From: Alphaproteobacteria bacterium
GTDB lineage: Bacteria; Pseudomonadota; Alphaproteobacteria; ATCC43930; CGMCC-115725
Direction of reading: 5' to 3'
DNA: 47,072 nt
Assembly (NCBI GenBank): GCA_028866355.1
Contig: JAGWIH010000001.1
Coordinates: forward strand, 1-47,072
The notes under the pieces were generated by a model. It did no database searches and had not been told where the DNA came from. It saw only the letters and a program-made list of their open reading frames with translations. The position numbers and the translations under genes are program-made. Positions 24,074 to 33,582 of this stretch are shown piece after piece. Every line of letters starts with the position of its first letter. Position 1 is the stretch's first letter.

Positions 24074-26530
24074 GTGGCGGCGGCGCCCGCGATCCTGTTG
24101 ATCACCCAATATTACCGGCCGGAGCTCGTCGGCTCCGGCCCCTATTGCGGTGAGCTCGCGGAATGGCTCCAGGCCGCGGGCAGCTCAGTGACGGTCGTCG
24201 CCGGCCTGCCGCACTATCCCGGTCATAGCGTGTTTCCGGCCTATCGTCGCAAACCGCCCCGGCGCGAGACGGTTGCGGGCGTCGATGTCGTTCGCCTGCG
24301 CCATTGGATTCCCCGTCGCTCGTCGGCGGCGCTGCGCATTTTGAGCGAGGCGCATTTCCTGCTCGTCGGCTGCTGGGCTCTGCTGACTGGGCGCATCCCG
24401 CGCCAGCCGGTTGTGATTTCGCTCTGCCCCTCCATCCTCACGGTCGTGCTTGGCGCGATCGCGCGGCGCGGCGGGCGGCATATCGCCGTCGTCCACGACA
24501 TCCAGTCGGGCTTGGCGCGGGGCCTGGGCATGGTCGGGAGCCGCTTGTTGGTTACAGCGATGCGCTGGTGCGAGCGCATAGCGCTCAACCATACCGATGT
24601 CGTCGTCGTCCTCGATCCGGCGATGCGTGACGAGCTGCGGCTCAACGGTGTCGTCGTGCCGATCGAGGTGATGCCGATCTGGGTCGATACCGAGCGGCTG
24701 CTGCAGGCGCCGCAGCCGCGCCGCGCCGCGCCGGTGTTGCTTTACAGCGGCAATTTCGGCCGCAAGCAGGGGCTGCACCAGCTTATCGCGCTGGCTGAAC
24801 GATTGCAGCACGAGCGACCCGCGCTCACGCTCGTCCTCCGCGGCGAAGGCGGCATGCGCGACGCGGTCGCCGCTTCGATTGCCGCCGCCGGTTTGACCAA
24901 CGTCCGGCTCGCAGGATTGCTGCCGGCCGAACGGCTAGCCGAAAGTTTGGCCGATGCCGATATCCATCTGGTACCGCAGGACCCGGACGCCGCCGTATTC
25001 GCCGTGCCGAGCAAGGTCTTCAACATCATGGCGGTCGGCCGGCCGTTCGTCGCCACGGCGCGGCCCGGCAGCCCGCTGTGGCGAATGATGGAAGCGAGCG
25101 GCGCCTTTCTCTGCACGCCGCCGAACGACGCGCGCGCGTTTGCCGAAGCGGTTTTACGCCTGGTCGACGATCCGGCGTTCGCCGTCGAGCTCGGCGACCG
25201 TGGTCGACAATTCGTCAACCGGACGTGCGCCAAAGCGCTCGTCCTCGGTCGGTTTGTGGCCTTGGCGCGCACATGCGCCGAACCCGTCCGGCCGTCGCCG
25301 CGCCACGTGCTGATCTTCGAGCCGGATAGCGACGGCCATCCGCACGAATGGCTTTGTCATCTAATCGATTTTGCACGTCGGGCGCCGCCCGCACCGCTCA
25401 TCTCGTTCGTCGTGTCGCCGTCGCTCTATCGCGATCTTGCGGCCCGGCTCGATGCGGCGCCGGCGGCGGGCATTCGCATTTTGCCGTTGTCTCCGGCGGC
25501 GGCGCGGTTGTGTACGAACCGCGCCTTGGTCGTCAACGGTTTCGCGCGCTGGTGGTTCATGCGCCGATTCCTCGCGCGCACGGGCGCCCAGACCGGACAA
25601 TTCCTTTCACTCGATCTGCTGTCGCTGCCGTTGGCGCTTCGACTTGGCGCCGGAAGTGGCCGGCGCGTCGGCGGCATCCTGTTCCGGCCGTCGGTGCACT
25701 ACCGGCTGCTCGGTGCCTATCGCCCGTGCCGCCGCGAGCGGCTACGCGACCTGCGCAAGGCGGCGCTCTATCGCCTGATGTTGCCCAACCGCGCACTCGG
25801 CAGCGTGCTCACGCTGGACCCATTCTTTCCGCGCCACGCGGCGCGGTTCTATCGCGCCGGCAGTAAAGTGCGGGCGGTTCCCGATCCGGTTTATCCGCTG
25901 CCGCTGGGCATCGACGGTGACAATGCCTTGGCCGACTCGTTGCCGCCGGGCCGTGTCGCGTTGCTTTTGTTCGGGCATCTGACCGAGCGCAAGGGGACGC
26001 TGACCCTCCTCGAATCGCTGCGGCTGATTCCCGAATACATCGCGGCGCGCCTAACTGTCATCCTCGCCGGCAAAATCGACTCTGCGATCGCCAATCGTGT
26101 CGCGACGTTGCGTCAGCAGCTCGAGATTTTCCAGCCGGACCTGATGCTCACGCTCGTCGATCGCCACTTGTCGACCGGCGAAATCGGCGCGTTGGTGGCG
26201 CGCGTGGACGTTGTCTTGGCGCCCTACCAACGCTTCGTCGGCTCGAGTGGTGTGCTGCTTTGGGCGGCGCGGGCCGGCAAGCCGCTGCTCACCCAGGATT
26301 TCGGCCTGATCGGCCCACTGGTACGCCGCTATCGGCTGGGGTTGGCGGTGGATTCTGACCGGCAGGAGGCGCTCGCCGCCGGCATCGTCCGCATCGTCCA
26401 GGAAGGACCAGGCCGCTTCATCGATCCGCAGCAGGCGCATCGCTTCGTCGCCCGCAACACGCCGGAACGTTTCGCCGCCTTGGTCTTCGGCAGCGCCGCC
26501 GAAGCGAGCTCGATCTCGGCGCGGTCCTAG
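24074..26530 (+). CDS. two-domain glycosyltransferase fusion (N-terminal WcaI-like GT4 plus second GT-B-like domain)
   Basis: It is one uninterrupted frame. I placed the start at GTG 24074, 4 nt after the PCP stop (VAAAPAILLITQYYRPELVGSGPYCGELAEW..., WcaI-like, with VPSKVFNIMAVGRPFV). From about 25300 a second domain runs RHVLIFEPDSDGH... to a GT1-like C-terminal half (LLLFGHLTERKGT...APYQRFVGSSGVLLWAARAGKPLLT). Confidence 0.75.
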   Translation: MAAAPAILLITQYYRPELVGSGPYCGELAEWLQAAGSSVTVVAGLPHYPGHSVFPAYRRKPPRRETVAGVDVVRLRHWIPRRSSAALRILSEAHFLLVGCWALLTGRIPRQPVVISLCPSILTVVLGAIARRGGRHIAVVHDIQSGLARGLGMVGSRLLVTAMRWCERIALNHTDVVVVLDPAMRDELRLNGVVVPIEVMPIWVDTERLLQAPQPRRAAPVLLYSGNFGRKQGLHQLIALAERLQHERPALTLVLRGEGGMRDAVAASIAAAGLTNVRLAGLLPAERLAESLADADIHLVPQDPDAAVFAVPSKVFNIMAVGRPFVATARPGSPLWRMMEASGAFLCTPPNDARAFAEAVLRLVDDPAFAVELGDRGRQFVNRTCAKALVLGRFVALARTCAEPVRPSPRHVLIFEPDSDGHPHEWLCHLIDFARRAPPAPLISFVVSPSLYRDLAARLDAAPAAGIRILPLSPAAARLCTNRALVVNGFARWWFMRRFLARTGAQTGQFLSLDLLSLPLALRLGAGSGRRVGGILFRPSVHYRLLGAYRPCRRERLRDLRKAALYRLMLPNRALGSVLTLDPFFPRHAARFYRAGSKVRAVPDPVYPLPLGIDGDNALADSLPPGRVALLLFGHLTERKGTLTLLESLRLIPEYIAARLTVILAGKIDSAIANRVATLRQQLEIFQPDLMLTLVDRHLSTGEIGALVARVDVVLAPYQRFVGSSGVLLWAARAGKPLLTQDFGLIGPLVRRYRLGLAVDSDRQEALAAGIVRIVQEGPGRFIDPQQAHRFVARNTPERFAALVFGSAAEASSISARS

Positions 26531-26692
26531 GAAAGTCACAACGGCACTCAACAAAATCACACCTCTGGCCGTCGGCGCGCGGCGAGAATCCATGGCTAAC
26601 TTCAATAAGACCGCCCTTTGAGCGGCTGCTGCGCGTGGCGGGAGGGATCGACGAAGAAGACCACGGGGCGAATTTAGTTTGGAGCGGTGTGT

Positions 26693-28192
26693 ATGCCTGG
26701 TGACCCCGAACCGTTGCGTCACGATGACGTCTCACGCGGTCCAGTCAGTGATACGGTAGCGAAAACGCGCCATACCGGGTCGCCACCGGTCTCGGTGCGG
26801 ATCACCGCTGCCGTTGTCGCCGCCGGCGACCTCGCGATCATTTTTGGCGCCGGGCTGTTCGCACTCTATTGGCTTTCGAGGCACGTTAACGTCGACGCCC
26901 AGCTGTTCCGCATTCTCGCGGTTGTCGGCACGGTTCTATTCGTCAATCTGGTTCAGGTTTTCGGCGGCTATCAATTCGGAAATCTGGCACGTGCGCAGAT
27001 GATGGCGTTGGCGCAGGCGCTTATTGCTTGGCTGGCGACGATCGGCGCGCTTTTTGTCGCTTTGCGGGTGAGCGGTCTCAACACGTTCGCCACGCATGTC
27101 TGGCTGCTGTTGTGGCTCATCGTCGGCTCGGCCGGTTTGGCGGCGGTCCGGACAGCATTCTCGGGACGAGTCCGAATCTGGCAGCGAGCCGGACGGATGC
27201 GTCGCCGGGTCGCGGTCGTCGGCGTCGGCCGGCTTGCCGAGCGGTTGCTGCATCACTGCGCGGCCGTTGCGGACCCCGAAATCGAGATCGTTGGCGTCTA
27301 TCGCGATCGACGCGACGCGCATGCGGCGGCGCATTGCGCCGGCCACACGGTCGCCGGCGACATCGACCGGCTGATCGCCGATATTCGCGACGGCGGAATC
27401 GACATGGTGATCGTGGCGATGCCGGCCGCCGCAGATGTCCGGTTGGCCGAAACTATGAGCAAATTGCGCTTGGTGCCGGTTGACGTACGTCTGTGCTCGG
27501 AATCGTTCGCGTTCGACGTCGGTCCTTGCCAAGTCAGCCAGATCGACGGTTTGACGATGTTCAACGTCATTGACCGGCCGGTGACCGATTGGAAATGGAT
27601 CGCGAAGGTGACCGAAGATCGCGTCCTGGCGGCTTTGATCTTGCTGTTGATCGCACCGTTACTGGCGTTGATCGCGGTCGCGATCAAGCTCGACAGTGCC
27701 GGCCCGGTGTTCTTCCGGCAGAAGCGCTATGGGTTCAATCGTGAACTCATCGAAGTGCTGAAATTCCGCACGATGTATCATCATGCGCGTGATCCAAACG
27801 CCGAAAAGCTGACGACTCGCGACGATCCGCGCGTGACGCGCATCGGTTCGTTCCTCCGGCGGACGACGCTCGACGAACTGCCGCAGTTCATCAACGTGCT
27901 GCGCGGCGAGATGTCGATCGTCGGGCCGCGGCCGCATGCGATCTCCGCCAAGGCCGGCGGCGTGCTGTACCACGACGCAGTGCGTTACTACGACGCGCGA
28001 CATCGAATGAAACCGGGCATCACCGGCTGGGCACAAATCAACGGATGGCGCGGCGAAACCCAGACTGTCGAGCAGATTCAGCGGCGCGTCGAATACGACC
28101 TTTATTACATCGAGCACTGGTCGATCCTGCTCGATCTCAAGATCATCCTCCGTACCATCATGGTGGGGTTCACCGATGCACGTGCGTATTGA
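26693..28192 (+). CDS. undecaprenyl-phosphate hexose-1-phosphate transferase (WcaJ/ExoY-type polyisoprenyl-phosphate glycosyl-phosphotransferase)
   Basis: It has several N-terminal TM segments followed by the Bac_transf core: PVFFRQKRYGFNRELIEVLKFRTM...DELPQFINVLRGEMSIVGPRPH...KPGITGWAQ. The start is ATG 26693 or GTG 26687. Confidence 0.9.
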   Translation: MPGDPEPLRHDDVSRGPVSDTVAKTRHTGSPPVSVRITAAVVAAGDLAIIFGAGLFALYWLSRHVNVDAQLFRILAVVGTVLFVNLVQVFGGYQFGNLARAQMMALAQALIAWLATIGALFVALRVSGLNTFATHVWLLLWLIVGSAGLAAVRTAFSGRVRIWQRAGRMRRRVAVVGVGRLAERLLHHCAAVADPEIEIVGVYRDRRDAHAAAHCAGHTVAGDIDRLIADIRDGGIDMVIVAMPAAADVRLAETMSKLRLVPVDVRLCSESFAFDVGPCQVSQIDGLTMFNVIDRPVTDWKWIAKVTEDRVLAALILLLIAPLLALIAVAIKLDSAGPVFFRQKRYGFNRELIEVLKFRTMYHHARDPNAEKLTTRDDPRVTRIGSFLRRTTLDELPQFINVLRGEMSIVGPRPHAISAKAGGVLYHDAVRYYDARHRMKPGITGWAQINGWRGETQTVEQIQRRVEYDLYYIEHWSILLDLKIILRTIMVGFTDARAY

Positions 28193-28210
28193 CGGCAATT
28201 CGGCGGGTCC

Positions 28211-29398
28211 ATGCGGTGTCTCTGGCTAACGCTCGCGGATCCGACGCCGGCACATAACGGCCAATTTCTCTATTCCGGAGGACTGATCGACTCCGTTGCC
28301 GAAGCGGGCGCCGAAGTCGTCGTCGTCGGCCTCGCGCGCGCGGGGTCGGCGCGCCATGATGGTGCGCGCGATGGCCGCGTGCTCTGGCGTCTTGCCAATG
28401 ACGAGCCGCTTTCTCACCGCGCGAGTCTGGTTTCGCCGCTACCTAATATGGCCAAGCGGTGCACCACGCCGACGATGCGCCGTCTGCTCGACGAGGTGCT
28501 GGCCAACAGTACGTTCGATATCGTGGTGTTCGATGGTATTTCGGCCGGATGGGCCCTGCGGCGCGTGCTGAAACGGTGGTCGCGCCGCGCCGACCGGCCA
28601 AAGATCGTTTACGTTTCGCACAATCACGAAAGCAGCTTGCGGCAGGGGTTGGCGGAAAATCATCCGCGCTTTCTCAAGCGGCAGGGTTTGAAGTTCGATG
28701 CACGCAAAGTCTCCCGGCTCGAGCATGCGCTGGTGGCTGAATCGGACCTAATCACGGCGATCACGCCCGAAGACGGTGCACTCTATGGCCGTGAATGGCC
28801 GCATAAATTGATCGAGGTTCTAACGCCCGGCTATCGCGGCCGGGCGCTTCCTGAGCGTCGGATCACGCCCGATCTGCCGCGTCGCGCCGTGGTCGTCGGT
28901 AGCTTCGACTGGATTGCCAAGCGGCTCAACATCGCGGAATTCATCCGGGTCGCCGACCCGATCTTCGCGGCGAACGGCGTCGAGCTCGAGATCGTCGGCA
29001 GCGGCGATCCGGCGTTTTTCGATCAAATCCGGAAATCGTTGGTCGCCACGCACTTCACCGGAACGGTCGAACGGATCGACCGTTACATGGAGTCCGCGCG
29101 GATCGCCATCGTGCCCGAGCGCAGCGGCGGCGGCTTCAAGCTGAAGGTGCTGGAATACATCTTCAACCGGACGCCGATCTTTGCCCTTGAGGGTTCGGTC
29201 GCCGGCGTGCCGCTGGAGCACAACGATAGCATTCAGCTCTATCCGGACCAGCAGGCGCTTGCGCTCGGCGTTTGGCGCGCGATCGACGATCTGGGACGCC
29301 TCAACCGTTTGCAGAACAGGGCCTTTGAGCGATGTCGCGACTCCTTCGACTGGCCGAGCCGGGGCCGGCATTTCCTGGCGGCGGTGTCGGCCCTGTGA
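28211..29398 (+). CDS. glycosyltransferase (GT-B fold, GT4-like)
   Basis: It has an ATG start. The GT-B layout is compatible: N-terminal MRCLWLTLADP...NGQFLYSGG and a C-terminal half IVGSGDP...ARIAIVPERSGGGFKLKVLEYIFNRTPIF. The family assignment is less secure than for the other GTs. Confidence 0.65.
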   Translation: MRCLWLTLADPTPAHNGQFLYSGGLIDSVAEAGAEVVVVGLARAGSARHDGARDGRVLWRLANDEPLSHRASLVSPLPNMAKRCTTPTMRRLLDEVLANSTFDIVVFDGISAGWALRRVLKRWSRRADRPKIVYVSHNHESSLRQGLAENHPRFLKRQGLKFDARKVSRLEHALVAESDLITAITPEDGALYGREWPHKLIEVLTPGYRGRALPERRITPDLPRRAVVVGSFDWIAKRLNIAEFIRVADPIFAANGVELEIVGSGDPAFFDQIRKSLVATHFTGTVERIDRYMESARIAIVPERSGGGFKLKVLEYIFNRTPIFALEGSVAGVPLEHNDSIQLYPDQQALALGVWRAIDDLGRLNRLQNRAFERCRDSFDWPSRGRHFLAAVSAL

Positions 29399-29445
29399 CC
29401 GCCGGCCGGCTCGGGCCGGCCGATCCGCGTCTCGGGATCACCGAC

Positions 29446-30780
29446 ATGTTGCTCCTGATCATTTTTATGATCGGGATATACACCGGCTACACAATCCAGA
29501 TCAGCACGCGGATTCCGTTTCCGTCAGCGCCGTCCGGTATTGCCGGCCTGTTTTTGCTGTGGCGCCGCCGTGACGACATCCAGCCGGCACAATTGGGTGC
29601 CCTGCTTTTCGTCATTTTGCTCTACGTCGGCTCGATCCTTTCGGCGACCGACATTGCCCATCTCGGCAAGCGGTTTACCGGGCTGATTCAGATCACGTAT
29701 TCGCTGATCATCGGCTATGCGCTGTTTCTCACTGTCCTGCGCGCCGACCGGAACCAGATCGCGCATCTGTTTCTCGGCTTCTGCGTCGTTATCCTGATCG
29801 GCTGCTTGCTGGAGGATTATACTGGTCTGCGGGCGGTCAGCGACGCGTTCCGCCACACGGTTTATAAAGCAGTCGACGTCTATGATGCCGATCTGCGCGA
29901 CCAGATTCTGTATGGCCGCATCCGGCCCAAGCTTTTCACCAGCGAACCATCGGCCGTCACCTTCGCCTACACGCTGTTCAGCTTCGCCTGGCTGATGACG
30001 ACACGAACGCGCTTTGCACCGCTCAAATATCTGATCCTTATGTCATTGGGCATCGTCGTCATGCCCGGTCCGACGTTGCTGCTGATGATTCCACTGCTGG
30101 TTCCTTATCAGCTTTTGCGTGCGCGATCGTGGTCGCCGGCGTTCGTTCGTATGATTTTGGTCTTGGTTTTCGCGGCTGTCGCACTCTTCGCATTCTACAT
30201 TCTCGGCCATTCGGTTTTTTCGACACGCATGCGCGACATCGCCCAGGGCCAAGACGCGAGCTTCTTCTATCGCGTCACCGGCCCGGCGCTGGTTGCGCGC
30301 AATGTCATGTTGCATTACCCCTTCGCCGGCGCCGGTCTGACGGGCGAGACGTTCATCGCCAACGAGGTCGCCAACGTTTACATGCGCTCGGCGGCGTTTT
30401 CCTCGGCATGGGACATTTCCGACACCGCCAGCGTGCTCACCAACTATTTTTGGCTGCACTGGATCTATCTCGGCTTCGTCTGGGGCGTGATCGTCCTGCT
30501 CGGACTCACCCTGTGGCTCAAAATGTTGCGCGTGCCCAGCGTGCCGTTCTGTTGGATGGTGTGGGCGGTGCTTGGGCAGGCGTCGGGCGCCTATGTCGGA
30601 CCAAAAACCTGGACGGTTCTGCTGCTGAGCGGCGCGTGCGCGATCCTTGCCGATCGTGACTGGGTGCGCGCGACGTTGGTCCCGAGGTTTCCCTATCCGC
30701 GTCCCTACCTACGATCGGACAAACGCCGGCGACGGGCGCCGTTGTTGCCGCAACCGCAATGGCGCCACCATGGAGCCTGA
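29446..30780 (+). CDS. Wzy-like polysaccharide polymerase / O-antigen-ligase-family membrane protein
   Basis: I placed the start at ATG 29446 (MLLLIIFMIGIYTGY...). The 444-aa protein is strongly hydrophobic, multi-pass and has one larger loop. The DNA is visibly more AT-rich than its neighbours. Position in the locus fits Wzy. No sequence motif is diagnostic by eye. Confidence 0.55.
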   Translation: MLLLIIFMIGIYTGYTIQISTRIPFPSAPSGIAGLFLLWRRRDDIQPAQLGALLFVILLYVGSILSATDIAHLGKRFTGLIQITYSLIIGYALFLTVLRADRNQIAHLFLGFCVVILIGCLLEDYTGLRAVSDAFRHTVYKAVDVYDADLRDQILYGRIRPKLFTSEPSAVTFAYTLFSFAWLMTTRTRFAPLKYLILMSLGIVVMPGPTLLLMIPLLVPYQLLRARSWSPAFVRMILVLVFAAVALFAFYILGHSVFSTRMRDIAQGQDASFFYRVTGPALVARNVMLHYPFAGAGLTGETFIANEVANVYMRSAAFSSAWDISDTASVLTNYFWLHWIYLGFVWGVIVLLGLTLWLKMLRVPSVPFCWMVWAVLGQASGAYVGPKTWTVLLLSGACAILADRDWVRATLVPRFPYPRPYLRSDKRRRRAPLLPQPQWRHHGA

Positions 30781-32026
30781 GATGGAATTCGGCCGCCGCG
30801 CCTTGCTCGGAACCGGCGCGGCATTGGGGCTTGCCGCGGCGACGCACCCGGCCGCGGCCGCGCCGCCCAGCCGGGTGCTGAATGCAGCCGATTTCGGTGC
30901 CGTCGGCGACGGCCGCGCCGACGATACGGCCGCTCTGCAAAAGGCGCTCGACCGCACGTTCGCCGGCGGTGGCACGGTATTGATGCTGCCGCCCGGCACC
31001 TATCGTGTGACGCGCACACTCCGCATCGCGTTCGATCCGGGCAGCACCGGCAATCTCGGCCGCCGGAGCGGCATCATCGGCCATGGCGCGCGCCTCGATT
31101 CCGAGATCGCCGACGGCGGTAACGTGATCGAGCTGTTGTGCCGCGCCACCGTCCGTTTCGTGGTGATCGAGGGTCTCGACATTCTCGGCAAGGGCCGCGA
31201 GCGCCACGGCATATACGTCGAATGCGACGGCGGCGGTATTTATTTCTACAATTTCTGTTTGCGCGACGTGAACGTGCAGGGCTGCGGTGGCGACGGCGTG
31301 CGGCTGGTCGGCAACGTATTCGAAGGTCAGATCGTCAATACTTATCTCCGCAGCAACAAAGGCTGCGGTGCGACGTTCGCGCACGGCACGCATGGCGGCA
31401 TTCTCTCCGCCCTGCACGTGTTTGGTTGCGTCTTCGGTCAGAACGGCGAACACGGCGCGGCGTTGGCTCGCAACTGTTATGACATCGCCTTCCACGGCTG
31501 CTACTTTCTGCTCAACAACCAATTCGGCCTGCTCGCTGGCAATGGTTGCACGCTGCTGTCGAATTGCGGTTTTGAAAACAATCACGCCGCCGCCGCGGAT
31601 TTCGCGGGGGGCGGTTACGGCATCCGTCTCAACAATTTCGGCACGCTGGTCGGTTGCACGGCCTATTCGGTGTTTCATCAAACCGGCTTGATTCAGGCGT
31701 TCGTTGCCGGTCGGCTGAATATGATGGGTTGCACCGGCAGCGGCGGCAGCAAAGCGGCGGGTGCCGGGCTAGCGCGGATCGGCGGTTCGCAAGCCGGTCG
31801 TGCGACGCTGATCGGTTGCGCGGGCGCCGTCCAGTACGACAACAACTTCGATGCGCTTGAGGTCGGCGGTCCGGACGGCGGGGTGCGCTTCGGCGCACAT
31901 TGGCAAAGCCGCGATCTGCCGCAGCTTGGCGACTATCGCCTTTGGGTCGATCGCAACGGCCGGCTGCGCATCAAGAACGGTGCGCCCAAAGACGACGATG
32001 ATGGCGCACCGGTTGGTGCGACCTAG
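30770..32026 (+). CDS. Tat-signal right-handed beta-helix protein (Pectate_lyase_3 / GH28-related type), putative glycanase or polysaccharide-modifying enzyme
   Basis: The start is ATG 30770 or 30782. The twin-arginine signal is FGRRALLGTGAALGLAAATHPAAAA. LNAADFGAVGDGRADDTAALQKALD is the characteristic N-terminal cap of Pectate_lyase_3-type beta-helices. Periodic ~22-25-aa coils follow. Confidence 0.75.
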   Translation: MEPEMEFGRRALLGTGAALGLAAATHPAAAAPPSRVLNAADFGAVGDGRADDTAALQKALDRTFAGGGTVLMLPPGTYRVTRTLRIAFDPGSTGNLGRRSGIIGHGARLDSEIADGGNVIELLCRATVRFVVIEGLDILGKGRERHGIYVECDGGGIYFYNFCLRDVNVQGCGGDGVRLVGNVFEGQIVNTYLRSNKGCGATFAHGTHGGILSALHVFGCVFGQNGEHGAALARNCYDIAFHGCYFLLNNQFGLLAGNGCTLLSNCGFENNHAAAADFAGGGYGIRLNNFGTLVGCTAYSVFHQTGLIQAFVAGRLNMMGCTGSGGSKAAGAGLARIGGSQAGRATLIGCAGAVQYDNNFDALEVGGPDGGVRFGAHWQSRDLPQLGDYRLWVDRNGRLRIKNGAPKDDDDGAPVGAT

Positions 32027-33582
32027 GTTTTGAGCGCCGGCTGCTGCCGGCGCAACTCATGTACCAAACGTCCCAAGCCGTACAGCGCGCGGCGCGAGCG
32101 CGGCAGGATCGCATAAATCGCAGCGGCCGCCGCCGCGGCAGCCACGATCGCCAACAGCGCGCCCGGCAAGGCTGGGGTGGTAGCCCGCAGGACAAAACGG
32201 CGTAGCGCCACGATCGCGGCGCCGATCACCAGCGCGGCCGTTAGCGCGGGCACCAGCGCTGCCAACAAATCGCCGAGGCGCACCGGACCGCGTCGCGTCG
32301 CCAGCCACAGCCCGATCGGCAGGCGCAGGCCGAGGCCGACGATCGCCAGCGCCCCCGCCACGGCAACCGCGCCAGCGTGCAATCCGGCTACGACCGCCAG
32401 CACGCAAAGTGCCAGGTCCACCAACCCGGCGCGCACCATCTCGTATGGCCGGTTCTGGCTGAGATAGAGCAGGCCAGCGGCTTGCAACAACGGCAGGAAC
32501 GCCGCCGACGCCGCGAACCAAGCGACCAACGGCGCCGCGGCGGACCAACGCACACCGAACAGGATCCGAACGGCCCAATCGGCGGTCGCAGCCAGCAACG
32601 CCGCACTGGGCAGCACGACCATGGCCAAGTTTTCGAACAGCTCGTTGAATGCGCGGCGATAGCGCGCGTCTTGATGCGCGATGCGGCTCAGCGTCGGCAA
32701 GCCGACGGCGTATACCGGTACCGCCAGATTGTTGACCGGCGTCAACAGAAGTTTCGACGCGCGCTCGTAAAGGCCGAGCACGTCGGCGCCCCAGGCCCAG
32801 CCGATCAGGATCTGGTCGATGCTGCGGCTGACCGCTGCCGTTATGTTGACGCCGGTTACCGACAGGCCGAAGGCGAAGAGTTCGCGCACGCCAGCCGCGC
32901 GCCGCGGCCGCGCCGGCCGCCAGCGGCACAGCGACCAGCTGCCGATCAATGCGACCGCGGGTACGACCAGGCGTTGGACCACGAGGGCCCAATAACCGGC
33001 ACCCGACAACGCCAGGAGCACGGCAGCGATCAAGCCGGCGAGGTCGCCGCCGATATCGACGCAGATCGTTGCCGTGAAGCGCATCTGGCGGCGCAAGAGC
33101 GCCCAGTGCTGCACCGTCAGGCCGCTCATCAGGAAACTCAGCGCCAGCCAGCGCGTCACCGACGTCACTTCCGGCCGGTGATAAAAGTCGGCAATCAGGG
33201 GCGCCGCGAGGAAAAGCACCACTGCGATCGACGCGCCGACGGCGGCGTTGATCCAGAACAACGCCGATACCTGGGCATGGGTGACGCCGGTCTCGCGGAT
33301 CGTCGCCGCAGACAGGCCGAGCTCCTTGACGAATTCCAGCACCGCCGACAGCGCGGCGACCATGGCGATGAGACCGAAGGCGCCCGGCGGCAGCATCCGG
33401 ACCAGGACGACGACGGTGGCTAGCTGCAAGACCACCTTGCCCGCCTGTGCACCGAAGGTGACGGCGCCGCCGCGCACCGAACGACCGCGCAGGTCGGTCA
33501 GCAAATGGTCGGTGGCGAGCGCCTTGGCGGCGTCAGACGGCTTCAAGCTGTTGCCTGCGCACCGATCGACGGTGCTCGGCAT
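32023..33582 (-). CDS. Wzx-type oligosaccharide flippase (polysaccharide biosynthesis protein, MOP superfamily), copy 1
   Basis: It has an ATG start. The 519-aa protein is multi-pass. The N-terminal pattern is RGRSVRGGAVTFGAQAGKVVLQLATVVVLVRMLPPGAFGLIAMV...LGLSAATI...ALFWINA. The start overlaps the fcl 3' end by 50 nt. Confidence 0.8.
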   Translation of the reverse strand: MPSTVDRCAGNSLKPSDAAKALATDHLLTDLRGRSVRGGAVTFGAQAGKVVLQLATVVVLVRMLPPGAFGLIAMVAALSAVLEFVKELGLSAATIRETGVTHAQVSALFWINAAVGASIAVVLFLAAPLIADFYHRPEVTSVTRWLALSFLMSGLTVQHWALLRRQMRFTATICVDIGGDLAGLIAAVLLALSGAGYWALVVQRLVVPAVALIGSWSLCRWRPARPRRAAGVRELFAFGLSVTGVNITAAVSRSIDQILIGWAWGADVLGLYERASKLLLTPVNNLAVPVYAVGLPTLSRIAHQDARYRRAFNELFENLAMVVLPSAALLAATADWAVRILFGVRWSAAAPLVAWFAASAAFLPLLQAAGLLYLSQNRPYEMVRAGLVDLALCVLAVVAGLHAGAVAVAGALAIVGLGLRLPIGLWLATRRGPVRLGDLLAALVPALTAALVIGAAIVALRRFVLRATTPALPGALLAIVAAAAAAAAIYAILPRSRRALYGLGRLVHELRRQQPALKT

